DNA of 60,349 nt, filler included, from Dugesia japonica (GCA_001938525.1; 6 parts of 6 records of this genome joined end to end with filler, not necessarily neighbours in it), one strand, 5' to 3'; numbered from the whole stretch's first letter, positions 25,134-39,439 are shown. The notes: generated by a model from the letters alone, not told the origin. Made by a program: numbers and translations.

Positions 25134-25740
25134 TTAAAACTTTATATCATTTTTCAATGATATATAACTGTTCTCTCTCTCTTTCAAATTTTCATTTTCA
25201 ATTTTCTTCAGCCATTCAAGTCTTCTGGGTTTAAGCTGTTCTGCATAATCTATAAGCCTCTGATGTGGGCTTATAAATTTATTTATTTTATAAGGATCCT
25301 CATAACTAAAATCTTCTTTCTTTAACTTGTGTGGTTCTACTTTCACTAATACTTCCCCCTTCATCGAAATGTCTGGATGTTTGCTTTTCAAATTCGAATT
25401 TGCCTAATTTTTTAGCTGCTTTCTGTAAATTTTTACCTGCCAGATGTTTCATTTCATACTGTTTCGGATTTCTTTTTTGAAGTAATCCGTGTAAGACTAT
25501 TCTTCTTCCAAAGATAATTTCAAAAGGAGATAGACCAGTCAATTTTTCTTGTGTTGCATTTATTACAAACTAAATTCGTGGAAGTTGTTTGTACTAATCC
25601 GATTTCGTGTAGTCGCTCTTTAACGTTGTTATTATCATACCTCGAAGTGTTATAATAGACCTCGTTCGTCAAAATTACATCTCTTTTGCTTTTTTCCACC
25701 CATAATTCTTTTGCATCTCGTCTCATTAACATATCAAACG
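25134..25740 (-). mobile_element. Ty3/Gypsy integrase C-terminal remnant
   Basis: TGLSPFEIIFGR followed, after a frameshift, by GEVLVKVEPHKLKKEDFSYEDPYKI (GPY/F domain). Confidence 0.8.
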
Positions 25741-28129
25741 NNNNNNNNNNNNNNNNNNNNNNNNNNNNNNNNNNNNNNNNNNNNNNNNNAATCCATTCAT
25801 CAGCTGCTTCAGATAAACCCTCGAAAAAAACTTGGTTTTGGGATAAGCAATTCTTGTGTTGAAGATGGCAGCTTTGCAAAAATATTTTGGCGATCATCTT
25901 GTTCTTTTTTGTCAGTACGCTTATTTTGACGAGGTTGTCAGTTAAAAGACTTGAGCTTTCCATAGTTATTTATTTAAACAAAAAAAGTATTTATTTATAA
26001 TGAATTATTTAAACAAATAATATCATTTAATATTAACAAATTAAAAATTTTATATCATTTTTTAAATGATATATAACTTATATAATTGAAGTAATGAAAG
26101 ATCATTCAGAGCGCATGGAATTACTGCGTGCTTCGAGTTCATATTATCATAACAAAAATGGACAAATCTATAGATATTTTAAAACTAAACGCTCTATAAT
26201 AAACGTTACTCTTAAAAAAGGTACATTTCATATTGAGCAGACGTATTTCTAGATATTGAATCTACTTTGCGGAATTCATAATTCAGGAAACTACAGAATA
26301 GAGTCTAACCAAAATCGTATTCAAGAACAAGATCAGCAGAGAAAAAAGATACAAATCAGATACATCAAAACGATGTAAAGAACTAGATAAAGAGATAACA
26401 CCCAAAATCAGTTCAAGGATGCATATGAAGTCTGGATAACAGTTCAGACAAGGAACAAAAAATCTATTCCACATATTTTCTTAGAGATTTTGACATTTAA
26501 TAATTTTCCTGAATCACTTAAGAAAAATTGAGTTACATTATTAATATTTCTCAAAAGTATTTAAGCACCGTTCTACGAATAATTATTGAAATTATCTTAT
26601 CAAAGTAAACAATTTCTGCAGTCGTATTTTGAAAAGTATATGAGATGAGTTTTGAGAACTCATATGATTATCAACATCAAAATTCAACTCCATAAATTTG
26701 TAAAAATGAAAACTATAACAACACTAATTGTATTTTTAAACAAATTCAATTCCTGTTTTAAATTGGTTATCGTTTCTTAAAATCTTTTAAAATCTATTTA
26801 AAGTCATTTTATTTTTTATTCAGATTTTAAAATAAATTTTCAATTTATTTATTAAAACTTAATTTCAAAATTTAAAACAACTACTTTTTCGTCATTTAAT
26901 TTTTCATTTCAATTTAAATCTTTTTCAAAAAAGATTTCAAGAAGACGATCACCAAGAACACAAAAATTTCAACTCGCTTTTCAAAACAAACTCACAGTAT
27001 AATTTTCTCTTTTCTTGATCCCAAATCACGTGTGAGATCACAATAAAGACCCCAAGTAATATAAATTTTGTTAAATATTCATTTACATGATTTTTGTTNN
27101 NNNNNNNNNNNNNNNNNNNNNNNNNNNNNNNNNNNNNNNNNAACTACATTTTATTTAAAGCTCTGCAATAATCTCAAAACAATTTTCTTAGTTTCCATAC
27201 TGATATCAACTCTTACTAAATATAAATTATTAATAATATCAAATTATAATTATTATTAATTACATTGAAAAAGTTCTTCTAATTCATATGAAATATTATC
27301 AATAACATATTCAAATTGAAATTTCAAATCTTTTAAGGAAGGTACTTCTGTAAAGATTTTAACGATTTCAAATGGATATTTGGAAAAGATTGCTTGGCCA
27401 AGAGCATCCACAAAAATATTTTCTTTATACGGGCATTTAAACTTAAATATGGAAAATAGCTAATTAGAGATTTTTAAATCGAAATCTGAATCCAAAACTT
27501 GCACTTTCAAATTTACATTAACAATTGAAAATATAAATATATAAACAGGAATTATAAGTATAATATTGATAAGCCTAGTTATTGACATCTGAAATTAGCG
27601 AAAGAAATCTGAAGAAAATTTTGACAGTTTTGAAAGTCAATTATTATTATTATTTAGATATTACCAAATAATATGAGTCATACTATTTGAATAGTATGAC
27701 CAAAAAAATAAAAATTTAGATAATTAATCAGTTTCGTCAAACACATTCTATTTTTATAAGTTTTTCAAACATGAATGTAGATTGGAGCAAGTAATAAGTA
27801 CATATTTTACGGTCATAATATTTGGGGAGTCATATAATTTAAATAGTATGACCAAAAAGTTTTGATTATGGTCATATTATTTGATAATATTAATTAGTTG
27901 TTATTTTACAGGATTATTCACTATCATTAAACAGACATTTATTTATATTATGTGCATTTTTATTATGGCTTTCAGAGGTTCAGGAAGAATACATTTTAAC
28001 CCCGTATCAGCAACTCAATTTTTCTTATAAAATAACTAAAAACGTTTATTAATCATCTGTAATCTCGTATAAACATATTTGGGGATAAGTAAAGAAAAGA
28101 GGGGTTAATTTTTAAATATTAATAAAATT

Positions 28130-28948
28130 TAAAGAAGTGGCTCTTTTAATCATATTTTGTGGCTCTTAAGAAATATTGCAAAAATTTACATTTTTTATAT
28201 TTTTTGTAGTAATATTGTTTTTTTTACTGTGTTTCAAGCTGAAATTATTATTATAGTAAAATATACTAAATAAATGAAAATACGCTGTAATAAAAAGATT
28301 GTCTAATATTTTGTTTTAAAATTGTTATTTCTTGGCTATTTTTTAATAAAAGATATTAACAAAAAGAATTAATAAGAATTAATTAGAATTGTTGTGATAG
28401 TAAAGATTGCAATAATAAATAAAGTAAGATCCTTGTTATATTTTGATATATTCTGGTTGTAAATTCTGTACCAGAAAAATATCAACTAGAACTAATCGAC
28501 TTACAATGCAACACTGAACTTCGGAAAATATTTTTTGCAACTGAAGATATTACATACTTTTATAAGAAATTCCTAAAAGAAGATGCATATAAAAATTTAA
28601 GAGAGCATGTTTAGAAAGTAGTCAGCATTTCTGACAGTACATTTATCGATGTGAAGCATTCTTTTCAAAGTTAACTTTTGTTAAAGGTAAAATGAGGGCA
28701 AATTTGACCTATCATAATTTAGAAAACGAATTAAGAGTTGCTGTATCCAGTATTACGGTTGATTTAGAACATCTCAGTCACGAAGTTGAACAGCAGAAAT
28801 CTTATTAAATTTTCAAGTGTTATTCATTGTATTTAAGTATGTTTTTTTACTATTAATAAAATATTTCACATTTTAAATTAAAGTTTGGTTCTCGAAAAAA
28901 AATAATTTCATTATTGGCTCTTTAGTTTGTTAATGTTGCCCACCCCTG
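28130..28948 (+). mobile_element. hAT (Charlie/Buster, SPIN-like) transposon 3' half
   Basis: QLELIDLQCN, S.ST..., K.K.RANLT...LENELRV dimerisation region; 3' TIR gttgcccacccctg followed by gtttaaac; gtggctct subterminal repeats. Confidence 0.85.
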
Positions 28949-29109
28949 GTTTAAACTGTTAATTGTTAAAATTTTTAAATGAAATTATCTGAAATATTTG
29001 AATTATGGTTCAAACATGGAGTCTTTTTTCTAATAAAAAATTCCTTTGAAACAGACAAATGAAAATGGCATGGGATAATTCTGTAAAATATGAGTTCATT
29101 TACGAATGC

Positions 29110-29280
29110 AGAGAATTAGCATTCAATCGAAGGTTCTTGGGCTTTGTGTAAGGAAGAATTTAAATATATGTTTAGTAGATCAAATAAATTTTTACCATCA
29201 TATTTAGATGAATTTATGTGACGGAGAAGATTTTGCTGGGCAGAATTGGCATTTGATGTTTTAATAAGACATATTTAATG
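29110..29280 (+). mobile_element. Merlin (IS1016/ISXO2-like) transposase C-terminal remnant
   Basis: SIEGSWALCKEEFK...FLPSYLDEFM*RRRF...AFDVLIRHI. Confidence 0.8.
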
Positions 29281-29809
29281 AGAAAATTCTATAATTTAAT
29301 AAAATTTGTCTGTAATATTTATTTTTTAATTTTTTTAATATATATAATTAATTATTTAATAAAATTAATTAGTAAAATTTGACGCTCTTTACTTTAATTT
29401 TACCTTTATTTTGTTCATTGAGTTGAGACAAATCTGTTAATGAAAAATATTAATTAGATAAATAGTTTTATAATTGGATCTTTTTAATAGTTTAGTTTTG
29501 TTTATTAGAATTCTGTTGTTTTTGTTTATCTATGTCACGGTTTGTCTTAAAAAAATCTGAAACAGCTAACTTTTATTCATTGGTTTATATCAATACTTTT
29601 ATATCAAAATACTTTTGAATAAATGAAAAATAAATTTATGAATTTTTTATTTTGTCGATATTTTTTCATTTTTTTGTTTTAAAATATGTATAATTTTTAA
29701 AATTTGTTTGTAATAAAAACAAGAATCCTCGTAGAAATTTATAATTTCTTATGTTGGGTTTTGTAATTCCAATATTTTAAAAATTGATATTAGATTCTCT
29801 TTGTTATTT

Positions 29810-29940
29810 CATTAAAATAAGAAAAAGCTTCGATCAAAATAAAATTTATTTGTAAAAAGTTTCAATTTTTCGACAATAGTCTTCTTCAGGAACATGTTGA
29901 CTTCTTGATATATTCAATACAATAGATCTTTGTTACTCAA
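29810..29940 (-). mobile_element. Copy of the Penelope-associated 3' repeat with a hammerhead-like core
   Basis: Reverse complement closely matches 52123-52280; contains gttc-CTGAAGA-agac tatt gtc-GAAA. Confidence 0.7.
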
Positions 29941-30040
29941 NNNNNNNNNNNNNNNNNNNNNNNNNNNNNNNNNNNNNNNNNNNNTTAATTAATTAANNNN
30001 NNNNNNNNNNNNNNNNNNNNNNNNNNNNNNNNNNNNNNNN
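29941..30040. other. Artificial scaffold spacer
   Basis: 44N-TTAATTAATTAA-44N. Confidence 0.95.
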
Positions 30041-31374
30041 AAAAAAAGGATAATAATGATTTGTAATCACAATAACCCTAAAAGGTAACTAAACGGCGCG
30101 GCACCATATGGATGATGCATCGTGTAGTGCTTTTATTAAATATGAATAAAGTTCAGGTAATCCCGATATCAATTGTGTTAGCGACTGTGCATAATTAAAG
30201 CATATGTAACCTAATTCGTGAGTAGTTGATACTTAAAAGCGTTACTTTCGTAATAATTTAAAGTTATTTTCTTATTTGTTTTCCTTATTAAAATCGATTA
30301 AAATAAAAATCCATCTCTGTGCTTGAATACACGAGAAACTTGTTAATCAGTGTCAGAATCATAAATGATCATTTAAAGACCGCAAATTATCCCTGTTTCG
30401 TCTTATTTTTTAGGCACGTGTCTAATTAAGAATACTTAAAAAAATTAATATTAATCTATTTGTTTAAATCACTTGCTAGAAAAATGTATTTTAAACTGAA
30501 ATGTTTTAAATTTAAAATAAAGTGAAATCTTTGATTTGACTTCATTAATGTATTTGTCAGTGGTTGATGAGTTCGTTTGACTGATTTAAAACAAATACAA
30601 ACAATATACATAAGGGNNNNNNNNNNNNNNNNNNNNNNNNNNNNNNNNNNNNNNNNNNNNNNNNNNTTTAGATTGAACAAATTTTATAAATAACTCATTT
30701 TCTAATTACAATAAAACACTTCTTGTCCTGATCGAATCGTAAAAATTTCATTGTGTGAAAATTTATAAAATAATGAATTGAGAAAATTATAATAAATAAA
30801 AGAGTTAATAAAAATATAAAATTAAATTATTTTTAACGAAATGTAAATTTGAAAAAAATTATGCTGGAGAAAAATACGTTTCCGAAAATGTGAATGATAA
30901 ATAAAATTAAAAACATGAGCAAGGACATGGTAGGTCTGACAAGTGTGCTTGAAAAGAATGGAAAGCGATACTCTTATTATGAAATAATTAAAATAATCAA
31001 AAATTATGAAACTATTAAGTCAAAATTTACAAAATTTACAATTTGTGAAATCTGATGCTAAGAAGAAACTATATAGACAGACGATAAATGGGAAAAGATG
31101 ATACAGGTTAGGCATATAATTTAATTGAATAAATTCAATAAAAAAATTAATACGAAAGAATTAGAACTTGAAGTTAACATCAAAATTTAGATATAGAGAA
31201 ATGTAAATAAATATCTTCCACATGTAAANAAATAAATATCTTCCAAGTCAACACGTTATGTGAACAATATATTCACTATTTTTGTTGGCAACAATCAACC
31301 AGACTAGAAACTAGAAAAAATGTTTTTTGTTTTGAAACAGATATAATAGAAACATTCAATTGAGATATTTTTAC

Positions 31375-31449
31375 GTATTGCCTTTATATTTATTAACGCG
31401 GAACATCTATTACCTTGGTGTTCTGCGGAACATAGTTTGCAAAACCTTG
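31375..31449. mobile_element. hAT/Charlie-type element end
   Basis: gcggaaca..gttctgcggaacatagtttgcaaaaccttg resembles Charlie 3' termini. Confidence 0.45.
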
Positions 31450-31882
31450 ATATAGTACAATATAAAAATATTAGTTTTTAATTAAAAAATAGTTCATGTG
31501 TAATGTAAGAAAACAAGCCTTGAAAATTCATATATATTAGGTTCCAAAATTTGTTACACTTTGGATCCTTAGTAAAATAAATCCGTCATTAATTATAAAC
31601 GTTTTGCTTCAATCGACTCAAATATTCATATTTATTCTGGTTTAAAAAAATATGTAAATGTGTAGCAATACAAATCCTTAAGATTTATTCAATTTTTTTC
31701 ATTATTTTTTTTACCAAAATTATTTTATTCCAAATTTCTGTTACACTCAATCAGAATAACTAAAATACGAATTATGTGAACTAGGTTTAATGTTTACTTT
31801 CATTTTTTATTTAATTTCGAAAATATTTTTGTAAATTCCTTGATTTAATTTTTTAATAATTATCAATTATAAAACTGAATTA

Positions 31883-33746
31883 CATTTAAAAGATCGAATA
31901 TTTCTTGACCGAAATATTTATCAACGCTTGTATTGGCAGCAGCTATTTGAATTAAATATTCATTTCGACTTTGGAGGCTTTGAATATTTTGTCTTGAATT
32001 AAAATCGCATTTCTTTATAGAAATTTTCGTTATTTATATGAATTATTAAGAATCTATTACTTGATTAAAGTCTTCTTTTAATTTTCTAATTTTTTGACTT
32101 TTATCTAGATCTTTATTTTTATCGTGTGCCCTCTTGCGTTCTCTATCAAATTTTTCCTTACTTTTATCCATAACTTTTTTCGAATCCTCTGCTAATTGAT
32201 ACGAACTACAATAATCCCTATAACTAGTTGTCAATTTTGATGTGGTGAGTAATACTGTTGTTTGACACAATTGGGCTAATTCCCTTGTCTAAAAGTATGT
32301 TCAACATTGAATGATTTTAGTTTTAGATTACTTGTTTATGTGCTCTAGTGCAATCTTCTTGTAGATCTTGTAAACGTTGAGTCATTTGTCGGGAATATAT
32401 GTCTGATAAAATTTGATGTGCAGCTGCAGTTTGGCTTGTACTTTCTAAAAGCACATTTAACAATGAATGATAAGAATATTTAGGCCAATTTTGACGTCTA
32501 AAAATAAAATAGAATTATAATAATGATATTCTAATGTTAAATATTAAAATATTTCAAGAAAAATTTAAAGGTCTAAAAAATTGTTTATTCATTAGTTAAA
32601 TTGAATACTAATAAATTTCTAAAAAAAATTTAATTCATCAATTCATTGATATTAAATATTGATCCAAATTATTTAACAATCGGTACAATATCGTGGAAAA
32701 TCTAAAAAATACTAATTGGAATGGAAAATTAATATGATAAAAACCCAGTGTGTTTGCTTGTGTNTGATGCCAAAATTTTTGAATTTCAAACCTCGAAACT
32801 AATGATACAAATTTATAAAAACTCTGAAACGTCATTTCAATAAATATTTTTGTACTACATTTCAGAGTTTTTTTTTAAAAAATTACAGTTTTTCTTTGAT
32901 TTATATTATATTTATATTTATTTTATTGAACATTTATTAAAGATTAAAAATTTGAAAGATTTAATGAAAATAATTTAGAAAATNNNNNNNNNNNNNNNNN
33001 NNNNNNNNNNNNNNNNNNNNNNNNNNNNNNNNNNNNNNNNNNNNNNNNNNNNNNNNNNNNNNNNNAAAGTTATTAAAAATAACAAGAAAAATTTATAAAA
33101 GCAGATAATTTTAAAAATGAGAATAAAATTCTACAAATTTTGAAAACAATAAAAGAAATTAAAAAAGAAATATTGTTTGTAACCTCCAAACCGTGGGTAA
33201 CGCTGATTGCACGACCCACTTACTTTGTACAATTCCGTGAGTTACGCTATTTCATGTTACTTATAGCCTTTTTCTGATATTTCAGTACCGATGGGCTCAA
33301 TTTCTATAACATGTAACTATTATAAATATTCAATAAAAATATCAAAAGATTTTTTTTACAAAAAAAAATGAAAAATCGCCGCGGCAGGATGGTTAAACTT
33401 GAAACTAATTTTAAAATAATTTAGAAATTTTACCAGAAATTTTATAATCACTGTTAAAAATTAGAATCATTAAAACTCAGTTGAATATTTTTAAAATTTT
33501 CCAAAAACTATAATCAAATTATTCAAATCATTCAAGAATTATTTTATTTATTATAAACTTGCTTTGTTGATTCTGTATTAAGTTTCTGTTTACTGCTTTG
33601 AACCAATTTATTCAAGGCATCAGCGTATTCTTGTTCGAGTACTGCCCGTTTTTTATAGAATTCCAATAAATCATTAAGATAATTGTAATCCATTTCCCAT
33701 TTACTATCCATACATTTAAGCTGTTCGGCAAGTTGAGTTCTCAATA
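31883..33746 (-). CDS. SRGAP: SLIT-ROBO Rho GTPase-activating protein (srGAP family), F-BAR exons; downstream exons not found on this scaffold
   Basis: LRTQLAEQLKCMD..LNDLLEFYKKRAVLEQEYADALNKL, RQNWPKYS..HQILSDIYS..RLQDLQED and SRNEYLIQIAAANTSVDKYFGQEIFDLL match srGAP F-BAR motifs; four exons at ~33563-33746, 32332-32497, 32062-32288 and 31883-32016. Confidence 0.85.
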
Positions 33747-35364
33747 CTAAAAAGAATAATTTTAATTATTTTTTAATTGAATTGTTAAGAAATGTTAACC
33801 CAAGAGATTTTGAATTAAGAAAAAAAATTCTATCACTTATCTAATGTAAGTGGGGTTATAAATAGAAAACAGAGATTAAATTTTCATTTATTTGAAAATA
33901 TTACAGAAATTGTTTTGAATAGTTTTTGAATAAATAAATTTGAACTAAAGCAATTCACAGATTTAATTGAATTACTCCAGAAAACCTTTTCAAGTCATTA
34001 GAAAAGTGAATATGGTTTATTATTAAAATTTGACCACATAAACATTTCTTTCATTTAATGATAAATAATGTTTTCTTTTATTTCTTAGTTATTTTTTGCA
34101 ATCCGAATTTTCGACGATATTCTTCAGAGATTTACTTTTTTTTAAAAAAAGTACACATTTTGATGTATGATTTTTAATTTATTGAAACTTTAGTAATACG
34201 ACCAATAGTTAAGTCCAACAATTATTCTCGCAATAATTGCAATTGTAATTAATATTGCATTAATAGAAATCTAAATAAAAATTTTCGATAATGTTGAATT
34301 AAAAATAGAATTGTTAAAGCAATTCAATCTGTGAATAAAAAACATTAATATTAATGNNNNNNNNNNNNNNNNNNNNNNNNNNNNNNNNNNNNNNNNNNNN
34401 NNNNNNNNNNAATTCTATCGTTCGAAAATATAAATAGTTTCATTGAGAAGTTTATATTTATCTCGAATACTTTGGCGTCATATTGGTAAACTTTAAATCG
34501 AAATATAGTTGTCAGCAGTTATTCTAAAACAAGTACTACTTTGTAATAAACTTAAATTTATTAGAAATATTTATTTAAAATATGGTCTTATTTTTTTTGT
34601 TTTTTCCCTGTTAGGAATTTATGAAAACGAATTTATGGAATGCAGGTGAAGCAGGCCCAATTACATACAGGGTTTCATATTGCATTTTGAAATGTCCACA
34701 AACAATTTTCAAACTTTAATTTATAGATTTGTAAGGTTTTGAGTGTTTCATAAAAACCAGAATTATTATTTTAGAATTCTTTGAATATATTTATCAAGAA
34801 TATATTATTAGTTATTAAAAAATTCGATATCAAGAAATCTAAAACTTGTTTAAGAAAATTCGATAAACTCTATTTAAATAATATATTATACTATAATTGG
34901 CGTAATGATTATATCATAATCTACATCAATAATTTCTTTTAAAATATTATGTATGGTATTCAGTTAAGCTTAGTCTTCCTATACCACCTTTAAGCTTACG
35001 TTCTACTCTACTTTCATTTATAAAAAGGTTAATAATAACATACATAATAGTGTCTGAAATTATCTTTTTAAATNNNNNNNNNNNNNNNNNNNNNNNNNNN
35101 NNNNNNNNNNNNNNNNNNNNNNNNNNNNNNNNNNNNNNNNNNNNNNNNNNNNNNNNNNNNTTTTTTTTATTTATTAAATTTTGATATTTTATTATGGTAA
35201 ATTAGTTTTTAAAAATTTTTAGTTTCTTTTAATATTGTTGAGTTGGAATTTTTTGAAAAATTGTAATTGCTTATTTAAAGTTATCTTAATTAACGTAATT
35301 TGGAAATCATTTGATTTTTATATCAAAAATTTTGCGTTGGAATTAATTCAAACATTACAAATTT

Positions 35365-35480
35365 TTTTAATATAAAACCTCTGATCAAAATTTTTGTTTT
35401 TTATTGATTCAATTGTTATTGTTATCCAATATCAATAAAAAACCAAAATTTTGATCAAAGCTTTTATATTAAATGAATTC
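35365..35480. repeat. Long AT-rich hairpin (fold-back) element, same family as 58290-58420
   Basis: taatataaaa..tgatcaaaattttt..ttattgat / atcaataaaaaaccaaaattttgatcaaagcttttatatta. Confidence 0.7.
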
Positions 35481-36896
35481 TATAAAANNNNNNNNNNNNN
35501 NNNNNNNNNNNNNNNNNNNNNNNNNNNNNNNNNNNNNCAACAATTATTCCCGCAATAATTGCAATTGTATTGCAAATTTTGGTTATATTACAAATTTAAT
35601 AGATTTAATAAATTTGTGAATATATATTATCTTGGGTACGTAAGATTTTTGCATTGTTAAATTTGTATCTGTGTAATTGTATCAAGTAATTGTAATTGTC
35701 GAAGCAGAGTTGGAAAAAGTTCATTTCTTTTTTGACCGCACCCCTTCTGAGGATTGGCGTCAACTTTATCACAAATGAAAGGATAGAAGGTGTTTTTGAG
35801 TTTTGCCAGATTACTTTTAGGAATTTTGGGAAACTTTTGTAAAAAGTTTTTAAAAATTTTGTAATATTTAAATAAAGTTTTTGTCTTATTATTTATGCTA
35901 AAGACTTCAATTATAATCTTACATAACAACCTGTTTACACATTTTCCAATTTAAGCTTTTGGTGATTTTTAAAATTTATTTACAAATTTATAAAATGTGA
36001 TATGAAACTTTGTAAATATGTAGCTAATATAAATTAATGTAACCAAGGAGTACATTTTATACATTGTTAATATTTTGATTATAAAAATTTCAACAAAATA
36101 TAGATATTTTTTAAAATAATTTAAAAAATAGATTTAAAATATAGATTATTGAAAATATTTCTCTTTTTTATTTCTTATTTTTATGCCCATACTTGATTAA
36201 GGTGTGAAGAAAGACAGTTAATGTTAAAGAGATTATAATCTCAGTCAATATAAAATTCAATGAACACATTTAACCTAGGACAACAGACAAGTGTATACCA
36301 AATCACTTCAAGAATTGCATTTTACCTAACATGCAACAAATAATATCATGAAAGATTATATTTTGTTTTGATTTGAAATAAATATTAATTTTCTTTTACA
36401 CCAGTTAATCGTACTTATTCCACTGAAATCATTTTATTTTTTATATCTAAAAAAATATATATTCAGTNNNNNNNNNNNNNNNNNNNNNNNNNNNNNNNNN
36501 NNNNNNNNNNNNNNNNNNNNNNNNNNNNNNNNNNNNNNNNNNNNNNNNNNNNNNNNNNNNNNNNNNNNNNNTTTCAAAAATTTATTCAACAGTGTTAACA
36601 AGAGAAATTCTGTATTTTTTCATCAAAGAAATATATAATATTCTTACTAACATTTCGATATTTTCTTGAATATTCTATCATATATCAAACATTTTTTGTC
36701 TAACAATTACAATTTCATGTACTGAATTCTCTAAAATATTATCTTATTTATATAACTCATGTAATTAAAAGACCCTGGAACTATTTCTGCTTAAAAATTA
36801 AGCGAAACTAACTATGAATTTAAAAAACTTTAATTGATAGACGGGATAAAAATGTTGAAAATAATAATAATAATGAAAAATAATAATACTGAAATA

Positions 36897-37085
36897 CAGT
36901 TATCTATCGTATAATGCGGTACGTATTTACCACGTTAGAGGAAAACGCTATAAGAGTACTCCCATATAACGCGCACCTAGAATCCCGTGTAACGCGCTGT
37001 TTATACAGAATTAACTTAACTAAGCTTTATTTATAATTATTTCGAAATTTGACATTTTCGATACGCGTTATACGAGGGATAACTG
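36897..37085. mobile_element. Tigger/pogo-derived MITE with TA target-site duplication
   Basis: TA|cagttatctatcgtataatgcg ... cgcgttatacgagggataactg|TA. Confidence 0.85.
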
Positions 37086-38006
37086 TAATAAAAAATGTAT
37101 GATTANNNNNNNNNNNNNNNNNNNNGTATTATACAGATATAGAATAAATCTGTAAATTATTTATTCTATAACTCATATTTACAATGCAAACAAAAGATAT
37201 TTACAAGTGGGTAAATAGCCTCGAATTAGTTAGATGAAAAGAAAATTATATCTAAGCGGATTGATAAAATTTATCAAAAATTTAACAGTGAAATTACGAA
37301 CCGGTAAATAAATGTAAACATAAATAACAATAAACTGTTATAAGATTAGTTGGATAAATTAAGTTAAGTATTAAGTATAATAAATAGGAATAAAGCAACA
37401 CTATTTAAATTATTTGATTTCGTATATTTTTCTAGAGTAAATTAACAATTTTGTAATTTAGTTACATTATTTATAAAATACTGTTTTATTCTATGACTAA
37501 GAATTTAGCAAGTTGAAAAGTACAATCATGACTTCAAAATTTTAGTTGAACACAAATAATTTGCATGTATTAGTTCAACAGAAAACAATTTATACAATAT
37601 TTGTTTTAAACAAAATCATGTTTATTTCCTACATTATAGTTTTAATAAACTTTGATCATTCGGGTTTTTCTATTTACATTAAAAAAAAATAATTGAAAAA
37701 ATGCATTAATAATCACGTTTTCAATAGTTTTTTTTAAATTGCATAATATTAATAATCTGTTGTCATGAAAGTGTGCAATAAATAAATAGAATGTAAAAAC
37801 ATTAGTAATACATTTCTTCTACATAAATGATTACTAATTTTTACGAAAAATCAAAATACCAATAATTTATAAAAAATAATAACATTAAAAAATTGATAAA
37901 TATCAAACCTGATTCTTCATTAATTACAATTAATTTATAGAATAAATTTAATTCTCCATTCTTTCATTTCCAATCGTAATACAAATTGAAATCAAATTAT
38001 AATAAT

Positions 38007-38719
38007 CAGGCATGTGCAACTTAGTCATGAACGAGGACTGGGAAATAAATATTACATCAAATAGTGGGGCCTGACTTAGTGGCCGCCCATATGGCATGTC
38101 ACGCAATTAATAGGGGTAGTCTAAGAAAGTGTGACAGGGAAGAGTAAAGATTCTATGTGACGTCACAAAAAGCATATTTTCTTATCAAAAATATGAAACC
38201 TGAAATTAATACTGATGTTTAACTTTCTGTTATGATGGGTGTATTCTAGCAGAATATACACTAATAATGTATGGTAATTATAAAGTTATAATACAACATT
38301 GAATTTAAATCTTAAGTAACTTTTGTCATCATTGCCTCAACATTTAATATTTCTATGTAGCCCACTGCTTAAAAGTGTGACGTACTTTATGGGGAGGTGT
38401 TTAAGATTTGTGAAGGTTGGAAGGGGAGGAAGTAAAAATTGTCAAAAATAGCGTGATATGCTTTATGGATGGTCCCTTATAACTCGAATTTAAAAACAGT
38501 ATTAAGAGAAATTTCCGTAACTATTTTAAGAAATATTAGTAGAAGCGTATCAAAATTTTGGAGAGGAATAGATTCAATAAATTGATTTCAAATATTTGTA
38601 TTTAGTTATAAACGTAACATTATCCTTTTAAGTTTTCATGGCATTAAGTTAATAAATTTTTGAAATTATTATGAGGGTCGGATAAAATCAATTTGTGAGC
38701 CGCACGTGGCACATATCTG
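38007..38719. mobile_element. hAT/Charlie-type MITE
   Basis: TIRs caggcatgtgcaac / gtggcacatatctg (11/14 match); target-site duplication not clear. Confidence 0.55.
38079..38476. mobile_element. PIF/Harbinger MITE nested in the hAT MITE, TTA target-site duplication
   Basis: TTA|gtggccgcccatatggcatgtcacgc ... gcgtgatatgctttatggatggtccc|TTA (19/26 TIR match). Confidence 0.75.
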
Positions 38720-39439
38720 ATATCACAAATAATAAATAATGAATAAATGTATGCAAATTCAAATAACTACCACAATCGATATATTGCCTTAAAGTTGCAT
38801 AATATCCAAAAATCACCCGATTATTATATGCATAATTTTTTTATATAATTTCAAAATTACATAGAAAAATAATTAAATCCCCACCACACAGTAAAACCTT
38901 TGTAAAATCAAAATTCCGAGAAAACAAATTATTATTTTACATCTTAAAAAAGAACATGCTCTAATTACCATACGTGAAAATTTAGAAAATTAATGTCAAT
39001 ATTTAAGGACCAAATAAATGTTCATATAATATGAAGAATATATTCTGATCACTGGATATTTAAACAATAAACCTAAAAATAAACAAACCAAATAATACTG
39101 AAACTTATATTATTTAAAAAAAGAAAAACTAAGTAATAATAATAATGAATTATTTAACATCATTGAATATAATAAAAAAATATTCTTAATTTATTATTAC
39201 CATATTACTTTTATTAACCGAGCTAATAGATATTCTAGGATAATATTGAATTAGCATAATTAATATATAATGATTATATTAATATATAATTTATATTTAA
39301 TTATAAATAATATATAATTAATTATAATTATATTATTTAATTCACAATTCTCTAGTCATAGTGCTTAGTTAATTGGAATATTAATTTTAAAATATGTAAC
39401 CAGTTTTTTTTACAATATAATATAATATTTTGATTATAC

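Noticed and set aside
33180-33397. piggyBac-like MITE ending ggTTAA
   Set aside because: The left terminus and target-site duplication do not match convincingly
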